Virus record (IMG/VR): IMGVR_UViG_3300034071_000380
Coordinates: 14,687-78,686 of that record
From: a virus
Reading direction: 5' to 3' (one strand)
DNA: 64,000 nucleotides
Position 1 is the stretch's first letter; each line of letters begins with the position of its first letter. The position numbers were made by a program, and so were the translations under genes. The notes beneath the pieces were generated by a model. The model did not search any database. It was not told where the DNA came from and worked only from the letters and a program-made list of their open reading frames with translations. This document shows, one piece after another, positions 30,093 to 39,617 of this stretch.

Positions 30093-32109
30093 AGACCCTT
30101 ATAAATCCATCTCCGCCGTTTCCACCACTGCCTGAAGAATATCCAGTATGTGGGGTATTGCTAGCACCTCCACCGCCGCCACCGCCAGCACCAGCAGTAT
30201 TTGCTGCTGATCCTGAATTTCCGTGACCACCGCCTGAATCAAAACCTCCGTATCCATATGGATTTTGGTTGGTACTTGAGCCATTTCCAGAGCCTCCTGA
30301 GCCGCCTCCTGGGGTTCCACCAGCTCCGCCATTACCACCAGCAGCGGATCCATCAAATCCATTTGTTCCTCCGCCTCCGCCGCCGCCGCCAGAACCAGAC
30401 ATTGCAAGAACTGGAATGTTTGCAACAGAAAGATCAATACTAAGTGCTGAGTTGGTTCCAGCGGTTCCAGTCTGTCCTGGCTTTCCGCCACTACCACCTG
30501 AACCACCAGTTTGTCCAACTCTAGTTATTGCTCCATTAACATTTGAAGTTGCTGTTGGCTGGTTATTCGCTGGCATAGTTGTTGTAGCTAAATTTCCAAA
30601 TGCTGTTGTTGATCCAACAGTAACATCGTAAGTTGTTGTTGGGGTTACAACAGTATCTTTAAATCCAAAACCTGCTGCTGAGCTTCCTCCTTTTCTACCA
30701 GAATTAGCCATAAATGAAGTTCCACCTCCTGCTTGACCAGAACCAATTCCAACAATTGCAAGCCTTGTAATTCCAGTTGGAACTGTAAATGTTCCAGATG
30801 AATTGTAAGTTTGCAATAATTCATATTGAGATGTGCTTGTTGCAGAATTTGAAGCAGAAGATGCAGAAGATGATCCATTTGCATTAGCTGCTGTTACTGT
30901 AAAGGTATATGGGGTTCCTACTGTAAGACCAGATACTGTAATAGGCGATGTGCCTGTTCCAGTTACTGATCCTGGAGATGAGGTCGCTGTATATGTAACA
31001 GATTTTCCGCCTGTTGCGCCTGCTGTAAACGCAACTGAAATTTTTCCATTAAATGCATCTGTAGCTGTTCCAATTGTAGGAGCTTGAGGAACTGTTGTTG
31101 CTGTAATGCTACTAGTTGCTGAAGAAGATAGAGAGTTGCCAGTAGCGTTTGTGGCGGTTGCAGTAAATGTATACGATGTGTTTGACTGTAGTCCAGCCAC
31201 TGTAATTGGAGAAGAAGATCCAGTTCCAGTAAATCCACCTGGAGAAGAAGTTACTGTGTATCCAGTAATTTCGGATCCTCCAGTTTGGCCAGCTGTAAAT
31301 GTGACTGATGCTGCTCCGTTATTAAATGCACGAGATGTTCCAACATCTGTAGCTGTTCCAATTGTAGGAGCTTGTGGAAGTGTAGCAGCTGTTATTGAGC
31401 TTGATGCTGATGAACTTGATGTTGTTCCATTTGCATTTGTTGCTGTGACTGTAAATGTATATCCTGTTCCAGCTGTTAATCCAGAAACGGTTAATGGCGA
31501 AGAAGCGCCAGTTTGAGTAAATGATCCAGGAGATGATGTTACTGTATATGTAGTAGATTTTCCACCAGTAGCGTTTGGAGTAAATGATACTGTTGCTTCT
31601 GGTGCAGATCCATATGCTATGTTTGAAACAAGTGCCGCTGAAACTGAACTTGGAAGGTCTGGTATTGTTGTTGCTGTAATTGCTGACGAAGGCGCAGATG
31701 CAAGTGAGTTTCCATATGCGTTTGTTGCAGTTACTGTAAATGTGTATGCTGTATTAGACTGTAGACCCTCTACAACAACTGGTGAAGACACTCCAGTTGC
31801 AGTATATCCTCCTGGTGATGATACGACTGTATATCCAGTAATAAATCCACCAGATGTTGGTGCTGAAAAAGATACTGATGCTGCTCCATTGTTAAATGCA
31901 CGAGATGTTCCAACATCTGTGGCTGAAACATTTGTAGGTGAACCTGGAATTGCTCCTAATGTTACCCATCCAGAAGAAGTATAAATTTCTTGTGCTCCTA
32001 ATGTTCCATTATAATAAAAGTCTCCAATTGATGCAGGATCTGGTCTATTTGCTGTTGTTCCTTTTGGAATGCTTGATCCACCCAATAAGTCTGATCTTTT
32101 TAATACCAT
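30076..32109 (-). CDS. Fibre/adhesin with four FN3 repeats and glycine-rich tip
   Basis: Four repeats of P..P....A.V.F....GG...YTVTSSPG...ITV.GL....YTFTVTA.NA.G; start MVLKR at 32109. Confidence 0.82.
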   Translation of the reverse strand: MVLKRSDLLGGSSIPKGTTANRPDPASIGDFYYNGTLGAQEIYTSSGWVTLGAIPGSPTNVSATDVGTSRAFNNGAASVSFSAPTSGGFITGYTVVSSPGGYTATGVSSPVVVEGLQSNTAYTFTVTATNAYGNSLASAPSSAITATTIPDLPSSVSAALVSNIAYGSAPEATVSFTPNATGGKSTTYTVTSSPGSFTQTGASSPLTVSGLTAGTGYTFTVTATNANGTTSSSSASSSITAATLPQAPTIGTATDVGTSRAFNNGAASVTFTAGQTGGSEITGYTVTSSPGGFTGTGSSSPITVAGLQSNTSYTFTATATNATGNSLSSSATSSITATTVPQAPTIGTATDAFNGKISVAFTAGATGGKSVTYTATSSPGSVTGTGTSPITVSGLTVGTPYTFTVTAANANGSSSASSASNSATSTSQYELLQTYNSSGTFTVPTGITRLAIVGIGSGQAGGGTSFMANSGRKGGSSAAGFGFKDTVVTPTTTYDVTVGSTTAFGNLATTTMPANNQPTATSNVNGAITRVGQTGGSGGSGGKPGQTGTAGTNSALSIDLSVANIPVLAMSGSGGGGGGGGTNGFDGSAAGGNGGAGGTPGGGSGGSGNGSSTNQNPYGYGGFDSGGGHGNSGSAANTAGAGGGGGGGASNTPHTGYSSGSGGNGGDGFIRVYGRSV

Positions 32110-32594
32110 TAAATTACACTCCATCCATATCCAGAACCTGTATAAACAACAGACACTACATCATAATTTATATCTATTTCTAAGTCTTGAACTGTTCCAT
32201 TAATTTTGTTGCTATTTGAAGCTACTGTGATTTTATTAGTTGCCGCCGATCCAATTATATCAAATATTTGTATCTCGTCCCCATTTGAGGGGGAGGCAGG
32301 AAGAGTAAGAGTTCTTACAGAACTAGTATCTACTAAATATCTTTTATTTACCTCTAAAGTAACATTAGAGGAAACAGAAGTTGTAGTCATTTGAACAAAT
32401 GAGGGTGTAGGAAGAGATGACCAAGATGTATTGGTTCCATCTGATTTTAAATATTGTCCATTTGCTGAAGATTGAACTGGCAATAAAGCATTTAGGGAAT
32501 TAGTAGCAGAAGTTTGTCCTGTTCCGCCCTCTGTAATAGGAAGCGGGGTACCAAGATCAAGCCCTGACTTTACTTTAAAATCTTTATCTGCCAT
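32109..32594 (-). CDS. Fibre adaptor protein (KDFKVK family)
   Basis: MADKDFKVK...RTLTLPASPSNGDEIQIFD...YGW. Confidence 0.7.
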   Translation of the reverse strand: MADKDFKVKSGLDLGTPLPITEGGTGQTSATNSLNALLPVQSSANGQYLKSDGTNTSWSSLPTPSFVQMTTTSVSSNVTLEVNKRYLVDTSSVRTLTLPASPSNGDEIQIFDIIGSAATNKITVASNSNKINGTVQDLEIDINYDVVSVVYTGSGYGWSVI

Positions 32595-32621
32595 TAGTAC
32601 ACCTCCCTATTTTTTAGTAAA

Positions 32622-32930
32622 TTACAATATAATCCAGTTTTGATTTTCCTCAGACCACTCATATGAAGACTCGGTTTGCGGTTCAGGAATTGGGGCTTCC
32701 CATTTGTGAAATTCTGTATTCCAGGACCAAGAATCAAATGGCTTAGTAACAAATAGTGCTTCTGAAGTTTCTGGAAGATAATATTCTCCATCTTCGTGAA
32801 CTTTATATGAAAAACCACCAAGGTGCTCTTTAAATATATTTAGAAGTTCAGTATTGTCTTTATCTTCTTCATTTATTAAGATAGTTGTTATTGCTTTACC
32901 GTCTTTATCAAATACTGTTAAGTCTTTCAT
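32622..32930 (-). CDS. Fibre-associated small protein (Trp/Pro motif)
   Basis: KPFDSWSWNTEFHKWEAPIPEP..YEWSEENQNW. Confidence 0.7.
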   Translation of the reverse strand: MKDLTVFDKDGKAITTILINEEDKDNTELLNIFKEHLGGFSYKVHEDGEYYLPETSEALFVTKPFDSWSWNTEFHKWEAPIPEPQTESSYEWSEENQNWIIL

Positions 32931-34003
32931 GATCCAGCACTCCATTTCAATACTACAACTGCACCGTTTCCACCAGATCCAGACTGTCTGTTATTCTGTG
33001 ATGAAGCACATCCACCACCGCCACATCCTGGTCCTCCACTGCTACCACTATTTCCACCACCATCATTAAATCCATTACCAACTCCACCACCAGCGCCTCC
33101 TGCACTTAATCCAGGAAGTCCAGATCCGCCAGCACCACCTGTTCTGCCATCATTGCTAGCGCTCCAGTTTACTGCTCCACCGCCACCACCAAGATATCCA
33201 GGATATGCTGGAGAATAAATTGTTGAAGGAATAGTGTATGTTCCACCAGAACCGCCAGAGTTGGCGCCAGAATTCATGGCATTGTTACCCTTACCACCGT
33301 TTGCAGCTCCAGAACCACCCAAACCATTATTAGTATTGTTTGATCCACCAACTTGTCCACCAGTACCTCCATTAGCACTTAAAACATTACCAAACGTAGT
33401 TGCTCCACCAGTACCACCGCTAGAATTTGATCCACCGAGTTGTGAAACTCCACCAGAACCTACAGTGATAACATAATTTCCAGCAGTAGTAATTGGTGTA
33501 TTTGTAAGTGCTGCAAAACCACTGCCTCCACCGCCACCGCCACCGCTTGCTCCTGGTCCACCTCCGCCACCAGCACCGATTGCTATACAATGCATAGATT
33601 CTCCAGCACCTAATGTTATTGTTGTACTAGACGTATATGCTGTTAAAGTTCCAATAGATTGCGTTGAATATGAACCAAGTGGCAAAATTGAAAAAACTAC
33701 ATTTGATGTGCTGGCACGAAACTGAAGTCTTGTAGCATTTGACGGAACAGACAACTGAACTGTGCCGCTTGATGTTTGTCCACTTGTTACAAAAGATCCA
33801 TCAGATGCATAAAATGCTACATAAGTAATTACAGAAGTAGCACAGTTTATAAGGTATGACCCAGCAGGGGCAGTATATGAAACATATGATGGTGTTGTTT
33901 GAGCAGTATAATATCTTGGTGTTGATGATGGTATTTGAGCAACAACTGCTGTTGCTATTGTTTCCGCTGAAGGCGGTTGAAAACTTGATAAATTAATTGG
34001 CAT
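32927..34003 (-). CDS. Glycine-rich fibre protein
   Basis: IAIGAGGGGG...GGNGAVVVLKW. Confidence 0.75.
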   Translation of the reverse strand: MPINLSSFQPPSAETIATAVVAQIPSSTPRYYTAQTTPSYVSYTAPAGSYLINCATSVITYVAFYASDGSFVTSGQTSSGTVQLSVPSNATRLQFRASTSNVVFSILPLGSYSTQSIGTLTAYTSSTTITLGAGESMHCIAIGAGGGGGPGASGGGGGGGSGFAALTNTPITTAGNYVITVGSGGVSQLGGSNSSGGTGGATTFGNVLSANGGTGGQVGGSNNTNNGLGGSGAANGGKGNNAMNSGANSGGSGGTYTIPSTIYSPAYPGYLGGGGGAVNWSASNDGRTGGAGGSGLPGLSAGGAGGGVGNGFNDGGGNSGSSGGPGCGGGGCASSQNNRQSGSGGNGAVVVLKWSAGS

Positions 34004-34515
34004 TAAAACATTCTCCATCCATATGTTGCATCTGTATATACAAAATAAACTACTCCGCCATTAACATCTATTATAGCATTATCTGCTATTCCGTTAATTA
34101 AATTTGAATTTCTTAAAATTGTAATATTGTTTGTTGCCGCCAAATTTTTTGCATCAAATATTTGAATTTCTGCTCCAGCTGTAGGTGAAGCAGGCAAAGT
34201 TAGTGATCTTGCTGCTGTTGTATCTACCAAATATCTTGTTCCAGCAACTAATGTAATATCTGAATTAATTGAAGAATTTATAAAAGATGCTGGGCCTGTT
34301 TCTCCAATTGTACCTTGTGTTCCAGTTGTTCCTTGAGCACCAGTTGTACCTTGAGCTCCAGTAGTTCCCTGTAGGCCCGTAGAGCCCTGTGTACCAGTTG
34401 CTCCTTGTGTACCAGCGGTTCCTTGTGTACCAATGGTTCCTTGTGCACCAACAGTTGAGGCGGTGCCAACAGTCTGCCAAGCACTTCCATCCCATACTTT
34501 AATTAATTTAGCCAT
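34003..34515 (-). CDS. Short collagen-like protein with fibre adaptor domain
   Basis: GTQ repeats, then [20 protein letters not shown]. Confidence 0.72.
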   Translation of the reverse strand: MAKLIKVWDGSAWQTVGTASTVGAQGTIGTQGTAGTQGATGTQGSTGLQGTTGAQGTTGAQGTTGTQGTIGETGPASFINSSINSDITLVAGTRYLVDTTAARSLTLPASPTAGAEIQIFDAKNLAATNNITILRNSNLINGIADNAIIDVNGGVVYFVYTDATYGWRMF

Positions 34516-34739
34516 TAGTTACCACCCAACAATAATTGTGCTTCTTCTTCTGTGATGCCAAGTTTGGTTAGAAGCGCGGCTTTATCGGCTGCTTTACGAG
34601 TTGCTTCGGCTTGCTCTGCTAACAATTTATCTTCAATTTGTTTCGTGTCTGTTTCCCATTGTTTTAATTCGTCAGCAGACATTTCACGTTCAATTTCTAA
34701 ACCTGTCGCAGCATCTAATTCTTTAACTAATAGTTCCAT
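34515..34739 (-). CDS. Small fibre chaperone-like protein (REM motif)
   Basis: [14 protein letters not shown]...[16 protein letters not shown]. Confidence 0.68.
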   Translation of the reverse strand: MELLVKELDAATGLEIEREMSADELKQWETDTKQIEDKLLAEQAEATRKAADKAALLTKLGITEEEAQLLLGGN

Positions 34740-35656
34740 TAACTTACTCCATATACTGAGAATGTTCCACCTGACCAATTTGTGCCAGGAATTAAAGCAG
34801 TAACGCTAGAAATCGCACTTGAACCTATGTAAGTTCCAGTCGTCTGTGTAGTTAAAACTTCATTTCCGCTATTCATTGAATAGGCACTTCCTTCTAAATA
34901 TCTTGGAGAAGTGCTTGCGTAGTTGTAGATATTAAGCACCAAGTTAAGATTTTTTCCAGCAGTAACAGACGTAAGTGTGCGAGTTCGAATTTCCAATGAA
35001 GTTGCATTTACACTATCGTTTCTAAAAAAGGCGTAACTATTTGTTGCTTCGGTTTGTCCATAAAGTGTTTTATTGTTGTAGTTAGAACCTGTATCGCCAC
35101 TAAATCTTAAAGCCATTGGATAGTCGGAAGATACGCTATATGCTCTTTCGATTAAAATCATTAGATGTTTGTAAGTGCTTGGAATTGAACTTATCGTTAC
35201 TGACGCACCACTTAAACTGGAACTACCAATCAAAGTCATTCCGCCACTTGAAACCGTTGTCCACTCTGGCGCAGTTGCGCCTGAATTGACTGCCAAAACT
35301 TGACCAGCCGTTCCAATGCCTAAACGTGCAGGTGTTGAACTACTTGATGAGTAGATCGTGTCACCTGTTGTGGTCATTGGGTTGGTCATACCCGCCGCTG
35401 CAGGTGTTGCCCAAGTAGGAACTCCTGCTGAAACTTTTAATATCTGGTCTGTACTTCCAATTCCGAGTCTAGCTGGGGTATTAGCAGATGATGCATATAT
35501 AATATCGCCTGTAGTTGTAGTAAGTGTTTTTTGAACATATTCAGTATGTGGATTAGAAGCGGCGGAATGATTAGAAACAGCAGTAGCTACTTCAACATCT
35601 GTCCCCAAAACTGAAGATGCTGTTAATATACTTGCTAAATCTCTAACTCTAGACAT
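34739..35656 (-). CDS. Fibre/decoration protein
   Basis: Duplicated TTTGDIIY..PARLGIG..QVL.V..G.P.W motif; C-terminal beta domain ending SVYGVS. Confidence 0.72.
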   Translation of the reverse strand: MSRVRDLASILTASSVLGTDVEVATAVSNHSAASNPHTEYVQKTLTTTTGDIIYASSANTPARLGIGSTDQILKVSAGVPTWATPAAAGMTNPMTTTGDTIYSSSSSTPARLGIGTAGQVLAVNSGATAPEWTTVSSGGMTLIGSSSLSGASVTISSIPSTYKHLMILIERAYSVSSDYPMALRFSGDTGSNYNNKTLYGQTEATNSYAFFRNDSVNATSLEIRTRTLTSVTAGKNLNLVLNIYNYASTSPRYLEGSAYSMNSGNEVLTTQTTGTYIGSSAISSVTALIPGTNWSGGTFSVYGVS

Positions 35657-35720
35657 TTATTCTCCTTATAACTAATATTTAATTATTTAAAAAACTAAAC
35701 TATCATATACTTTAACAATT

Positions 35721-35840
35721 TTAGTCATCAGTTGATTCCTCTAAATCAAGAAGATATTGAGCATATTCTTCGTCATTCATCTCACGAACAATCTCTTCTT
35801 GAGTTTGGCAATTAATAATTACTACATTAGGTCTTGTCAT
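35721..35840 (-). CDS. 39-aa REM-motif protein (not in ORF track)
   Basis: MTRPNVVIINCQTQEEIVREMNDEEYAQYLLDLEESTDD; paralog of 34515..34739. Confidence 0.6.
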   Translation of the reverse strand: MTRPNVVIINCQTQEEIVREMNDEEYAQYLLDLEESTDD

Positions 35841-36406
35841 TAGTTTGCTCCATAAAGTGCTAGTCCGCCAGCAGTACCACCGTAACCAGTCGAATTAAGA
35901 GTTAAGGTTAATGATGTTATCTCGCTAGTATTTTTCCAAGTTCCCCAGTTTTCAGTTTGATGTTCGCCTTGTGAAGAATTTATATAAGAACCATGTGACG
36001 CAATGCTCTTGTATGGAAGAGATGTATTTACGTCAAAAATATCAACCCAACCACCTGGATGTGTATAACCATTAGTTGGGCTATAGTAAGAAAGATAAAA
36101 GGCATCAGAATTAGTATATGAAGTTATTGCAAAACTACTACCGCCACTAAGAATTCCTTTTTGCATATGTGTATAACCACTGTTAGACGAATTAAATGTT
36201 ACTTTAATATTGCTGCCACCTTGATATTCTCTAACTAAAAGCCTTAGATATCTGTAACCAGAAATAGAACTAAATGTGACGGTAGCACCTGTTGACGTGC
36301 TAGAGGTTATAAGTTCCCAGCTAGGTTCACCAGAAGACCAGCCTGCTGATGTTCCATCTGCTACTGAAATACCAGATGAAGGAGCAGGAAATACTGCAAT
36401 ACCCAT
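35840..36406 (-). CDS. Fibre/decoration protein
   Basis: TVTFSSISGYRYLRL..ITSLTL..ALYG; paralog of the C-domain of 34739..35656; start MGIAV. Confidence 0.68.
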   Translation of the reverse strand: MGIAVFPAPSSGISVADGTSAGWSSGEPSWELITSSTSTGATVTFSSISGYRYLRLLVREYQGGSNIKVTFNSSNSGYTHMQKGILSGGSSFAITSYTNSDAFYLSYYSPTNGYTHPGGWVDIFDVNTSLPYKSIASHGSYINSSQGEHQTENWGTWKNTSEITSLTLTLNSTGYGGTAGGLALYGAN

Positions 36407-36407
36407 A

Positions 36408-36713
36408 TTATGATACCTCCATACCTGAAATGTGAAAGTTAACAGATGTTGCAGATGCTCCACCAGTAATAGTATTTGTAGTAGCAAGTACTTGCTTTAG
36501 ATCAATATATGCCGTTGAGTTTGCTGCAATAGCTGCAGTTGTATGAATTGCAGTACCTGCTAAAGCAAGTGTGAATGTCTGAGCAGAGCCAGATGTATTA
36601 GTAACAGCAATGTTGGTTACAACTGTTGTTGTAGAAGACGGTACTGTATATAATGTTGTTGCTGTATTTGTTGTTGCTGCTCCCCTGAACAGTGCTTTTG
36701 CTGTATTTGGCAT
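36408..36713 (-). CDS. Small virion protein
   Basis: TLYTVPSSTTTVVTNIAVTN..ISGME. Confidence 0.7.
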   Translation of the reverse strand: MPNTAKALFRGAATTNTATTLYTVPSSTTTVVTNIAVTNTSGSAQTFTLALAGTAIHTTAAIAANSTAYIDLKQVLATTNTITGGASATSVNFHISGMEVS

Positions 36714-37486
36714 TAGTAGGCTCCCATTATATTTGCTATTTCTATATCATTAACTCTTGTAATTGTAGCATATGTTGATGCTGCAGTTGAAGATGTTAGA
36801 TAAGATGATAAATCAATTGTGGCCCAAGATGAGATTGTGCCATTTGTTGTTAAATACTTGCCGCTATTCCCAGTCTGGGAAGGAACGGCAACCAAAATTG
36901 CTGAGTTAATTTCTGCTTGTGTATATGTATTTACTGAATTTAAATTAGTTACTGTTACTACTTCTACTATATCATTAACCGCCGCCCCAGATGCTAGTGT
37001 AATTGTATTTGAATTAGAAGTTGTATAGTCGGAGGTGCGAAGTAAAAGCATTCCATTAAAAAATACCTGCTCATATCCATCTATAAATGAAACGTCAGTA
37101 GTAAATACTGTTTGTGCTGCAGTAGCAGTAAATGCTTGTCTGCGAATAATATTTGTGTCAAATGCTACATCTGTAGAATCAGAGTCAATCCATACTTGTC
37201 CAGTTACTGGAGAAGTTGGTTCTGATGTTTGATAAGCTGTAGATAAAACTTGATTCCATTGTGTAGTTGTACCATTTGTTTGTAGGTAGTAATTTGTGTT
37301 ATTTGTTTGAAGGGGTAGCAAGGCATTTAAAGCGTTTCCAGCAGTTGTCTGTCCTGTTCCACCCTCTGAAATTGAAAGGGTAGCAGAAGAGCTTATAACG
37401 CCAGATGAATCAGTTTTTACAATTCCCGCTGTAGATAGTGCGGGAATAACTAATCCATTCTTTACCTTAAAGTCTTTATTAGACAT
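36713..37486 (-). CDS. Fibre protein (KDFKVK family)
   Basis: MSNKDFKVKN; FTATAAQTVF..VFFNG..DY..ITL. Confidence 0.7.
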   Translation of the reverse strand: MSNKDFKVKNGLVIPALSTAGIVKTDSSGVISSSATLSISEGGTGQTTAGNALNALLPLQTNNTNYYLQTNGTTTQWNQVLSTAYQTSEPTSPVTGQVWIDSDSTDVAFDTNIIRRQAFTATAAQTVFTTDVSFIDGYEQVFFNGMLLLRTSDYTTSNSNTITLASGAAVNDIVEVVTVTNLNSVNTYTQAEINSAILVAVPSQTGNSGKYLTTNGTISSWATIDLSSYLTSSTAASTYATITRVNDIEIANIMGAY

Positions 37487-37496
37487 TAATTACCCC

Positions 37497-39314
37497 TTAA
37501 AGTACTACTTTGCTGAATTTAACCGTTACGTTATTTGTTGCTGCATCTGTTACAGTTACCTGCAATACTGCATTTGTTGAAGATACTGCTGCTGAAACAA
37601 CTACTCCTGCAATTGTTCCACCCGTTTCTGTAATTGCAAACTCTGTCATATCTACAGATGTTCCATCTGTTTGAACAAGGACCTTAGATGTTCTTGTTTT
37701 ATTATTTGTAGCCTGCTTTAATGAAACCATATATTCAATTGATGTAAATGCTGACAATGCTGTGGTATCTACAGTTTCTATTGTATTTCCAGTAACAGTG
37801 TCTGTTCCAGTTACAATTGGTACTACTAATGTTCCCCATGAAGCAGATGTTCCATCTGTTGTTAGGTACTTACCTGAATTTCCTGATTGAGAAGGAAGAC
37901 TGATTGGTGCTGCCGCCCACTCAACTCCATTAGTTGCAGATGAGTTTGCTGTAAGCAAATAACCGTTTGTACCAACGGCAAGCTTGGCGGGAGTATTATC
38001 AGCTGAAGCAACTAAAATATCTCCCTTTGTGTCAAATAATGACTCATCTACCTTGCCGTCTAATTGTGTTTGAATTGCTGAAGTTACACCGTCTACATAA
38101 TTTAGCTCTGTTGTAGACAAAGTTGCACCGTCAAGAATATTTAATTCTGTTGAAGTTGATGTAAGATCTACGTTTTCATTAACCTTTGGCAGAGTCAAAG
38201 TCTTATTTGTAAGAGTTTCTGCAGTATCCTTTAATAGTGTACCATTTAAATATAATGACTTTCCTGAAGCAAGATTGATATGCTCTGATGAAGTCCATGC
38301 GTCTGTGGCATCAACCCAATTGAAAGTTTTATCTGTTGCTCCCTTTAGAGTTATTCCGCCGCCATCTGCTGTAGCATCTGATGGGGTAGCTACTGATCCT
38401 AGTTCAATATTTTTATCATCAACAGATATTGTTGTTGAATTTAATGTTGTAGTAGTTCCATTAACTGTTAGGTCTCCAGAAAGCGTTAAGCTTGTTCCAG
38501 AAACGGCTCCTGTAAATGTTGCTCCAGATAATGAAGCCTTATTATCAATCTGTGTTTGAATTGCTGAAGTAACTCCATCTACATAATTTAATTCTGTTGT
38601 AGATAAAGTTGCGCCGTCTAGAATGTTTAATTCTGTAGATGTTGCTAATAGCTCTACGTTTTCATTAATTTTAGGAGATGTGAGAGTCTTGTTTGTTAAA
38701 GTATCTGTTGTTGCTTTTCCAACAAGTGTGTCTGTTGCATCTGGTAATGTTACTGTACGATCTTCTGTAGGCTCTCCTGCTACAAGTGTAGTCTCATATG
38801 AATCTGCAACTGCGCCTTCAAATACGATGCTTGCATCAGATAAATATAATCCAGAAATTGTTGGGCTTGTTAAGGTCTTATTTGTTAGTGTATTTGTTGA
38901 ATCTGCCAATACTACTGTACCAGTAGCATCTGGGAATGTAATTGTTCTATCTGCTGTTGGATCTGTAAATACTACAGTTGTTTCATTTGTATTATCTGTT
39001 GTACCCTCTACAATGAATCCTGGACCTAGAATTAATGCATTTCCAGAATTATCCATTTGGACAAGTCCGCCTTTTACGTTAATATCTTCTGATAGTACAT
39101 AATCTCCAAGAGCTGATGTAAGACCTGCTGGGGTTACGTTTACATAGGATGAAATACTATTCCATGCTGTTCCAACAGTTGGGGCATTTACTGCAGGACC
39201 AAGCTTAAATTTACCTGTATCTATTTCAATACCCATTTCACCTGGATATAGTAGTGGATTATTTGTTGTCCAGTTACTTGCGGTGTCTCTTCTTAATTGA
39301 ATTCTAATTGCCAT
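37497..39314 (-). CDS. Tail fibre with Mtd-N/hyaluronidase-like N-terminus
   Basis: IQLRRDTASNWTTNNPLLYPGEMGIEIDTGKFKLG; repeated TLTNKTLT and TELNYVDGVTSAIQTQ. Confidence 0.78.
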   Translation of the reverse strand: MAIRIQLRRDTASNWTTNNPLLYPGEMGIEIDTGKFKLGPAVNAPTVGTAWNSISSYVNVTPAGLTSALGDYVLSEDINVKGGLVQMDNSGNALILGPGFIVEGTTDNTNETTVVFTDPTADRTITFPDATGTVVLADSTNTLTNKTLTSPTISGLYLSDASIVFEGAVADSYETTLVAGEPTEDRTVTLPDATDTLVGKATTDTLTNKTLTSPKINENVELLATSTELNILDGATLSTTELNYVDGVTSAIQTQIDNKASLSGATFTGAVSGTSLTLSGDLTVNGTTTTLNSTTISVDDKNIELGSVATPSDATADGGGITLKGATDKTFNWVDATDAWTSSEHINLASGKSLYLNGTLLKDTAETLTNKTLTLPKVNENVDLTSTSTELNILDGATLSTTELNYVDGVTSAIQTQLDGKVDESLFDTKGDILVASADNTPAKLAVGTNGYLLTANSSATNGVEWAAAPISLPSQSGNSGKYLTTDGTSASWGTLVVPIVTGTDTVTGNTIETVDTTALSAFTSIEYMVSLKQATNNKTRTSKVLVQTDGTSVDMTEFAITETGGTIAGVVVSAAVSSTNAVLQVTVTDAATNNVTVKFSKVVL

Positions 39315-39315
39315 T

Positions 39316-39615
39316 TTATGCTGTTCCCCCATCTATTGAATCATTAAATACTGTTGTTGCTCCCCCGCCATTTATTGAAACTACATAATCAGTATTTTCT
39401 GCGTAATTTCCATAATCAACGGTTCTAATTCCTCCATCTGTGTAGTGTGTATGGTCCAAAATTGCTTTTGGACCAGCCACATCATACCAAATTTCTCCGT
39501 TATACGCCTTAATAGTTCTTTCTTCTGTATTATAATACATTTGTCCAGTTATTGGATTAGATGGCGCTGTTGCCATATTAACCAATACTATCGGAGTTAA
39601 GAACTTTTTGGCCAT
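39316..39615 (-). CDS. Small virion protein
   Basis: PSNPITGQMYYNT..YNG..W motif. Confidence 0.65.
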   Translation of the reverse strand: MAKKFLTPIVLVNMATAPSNPITGQMYYNTEERTIKAYNGEIWYDVAGPKAILDHTHYTDGGIRTVDYGNYAENTDYVVSINGGGATTVFNDSIDGGTA

Positions 39616-39617
39616 GT

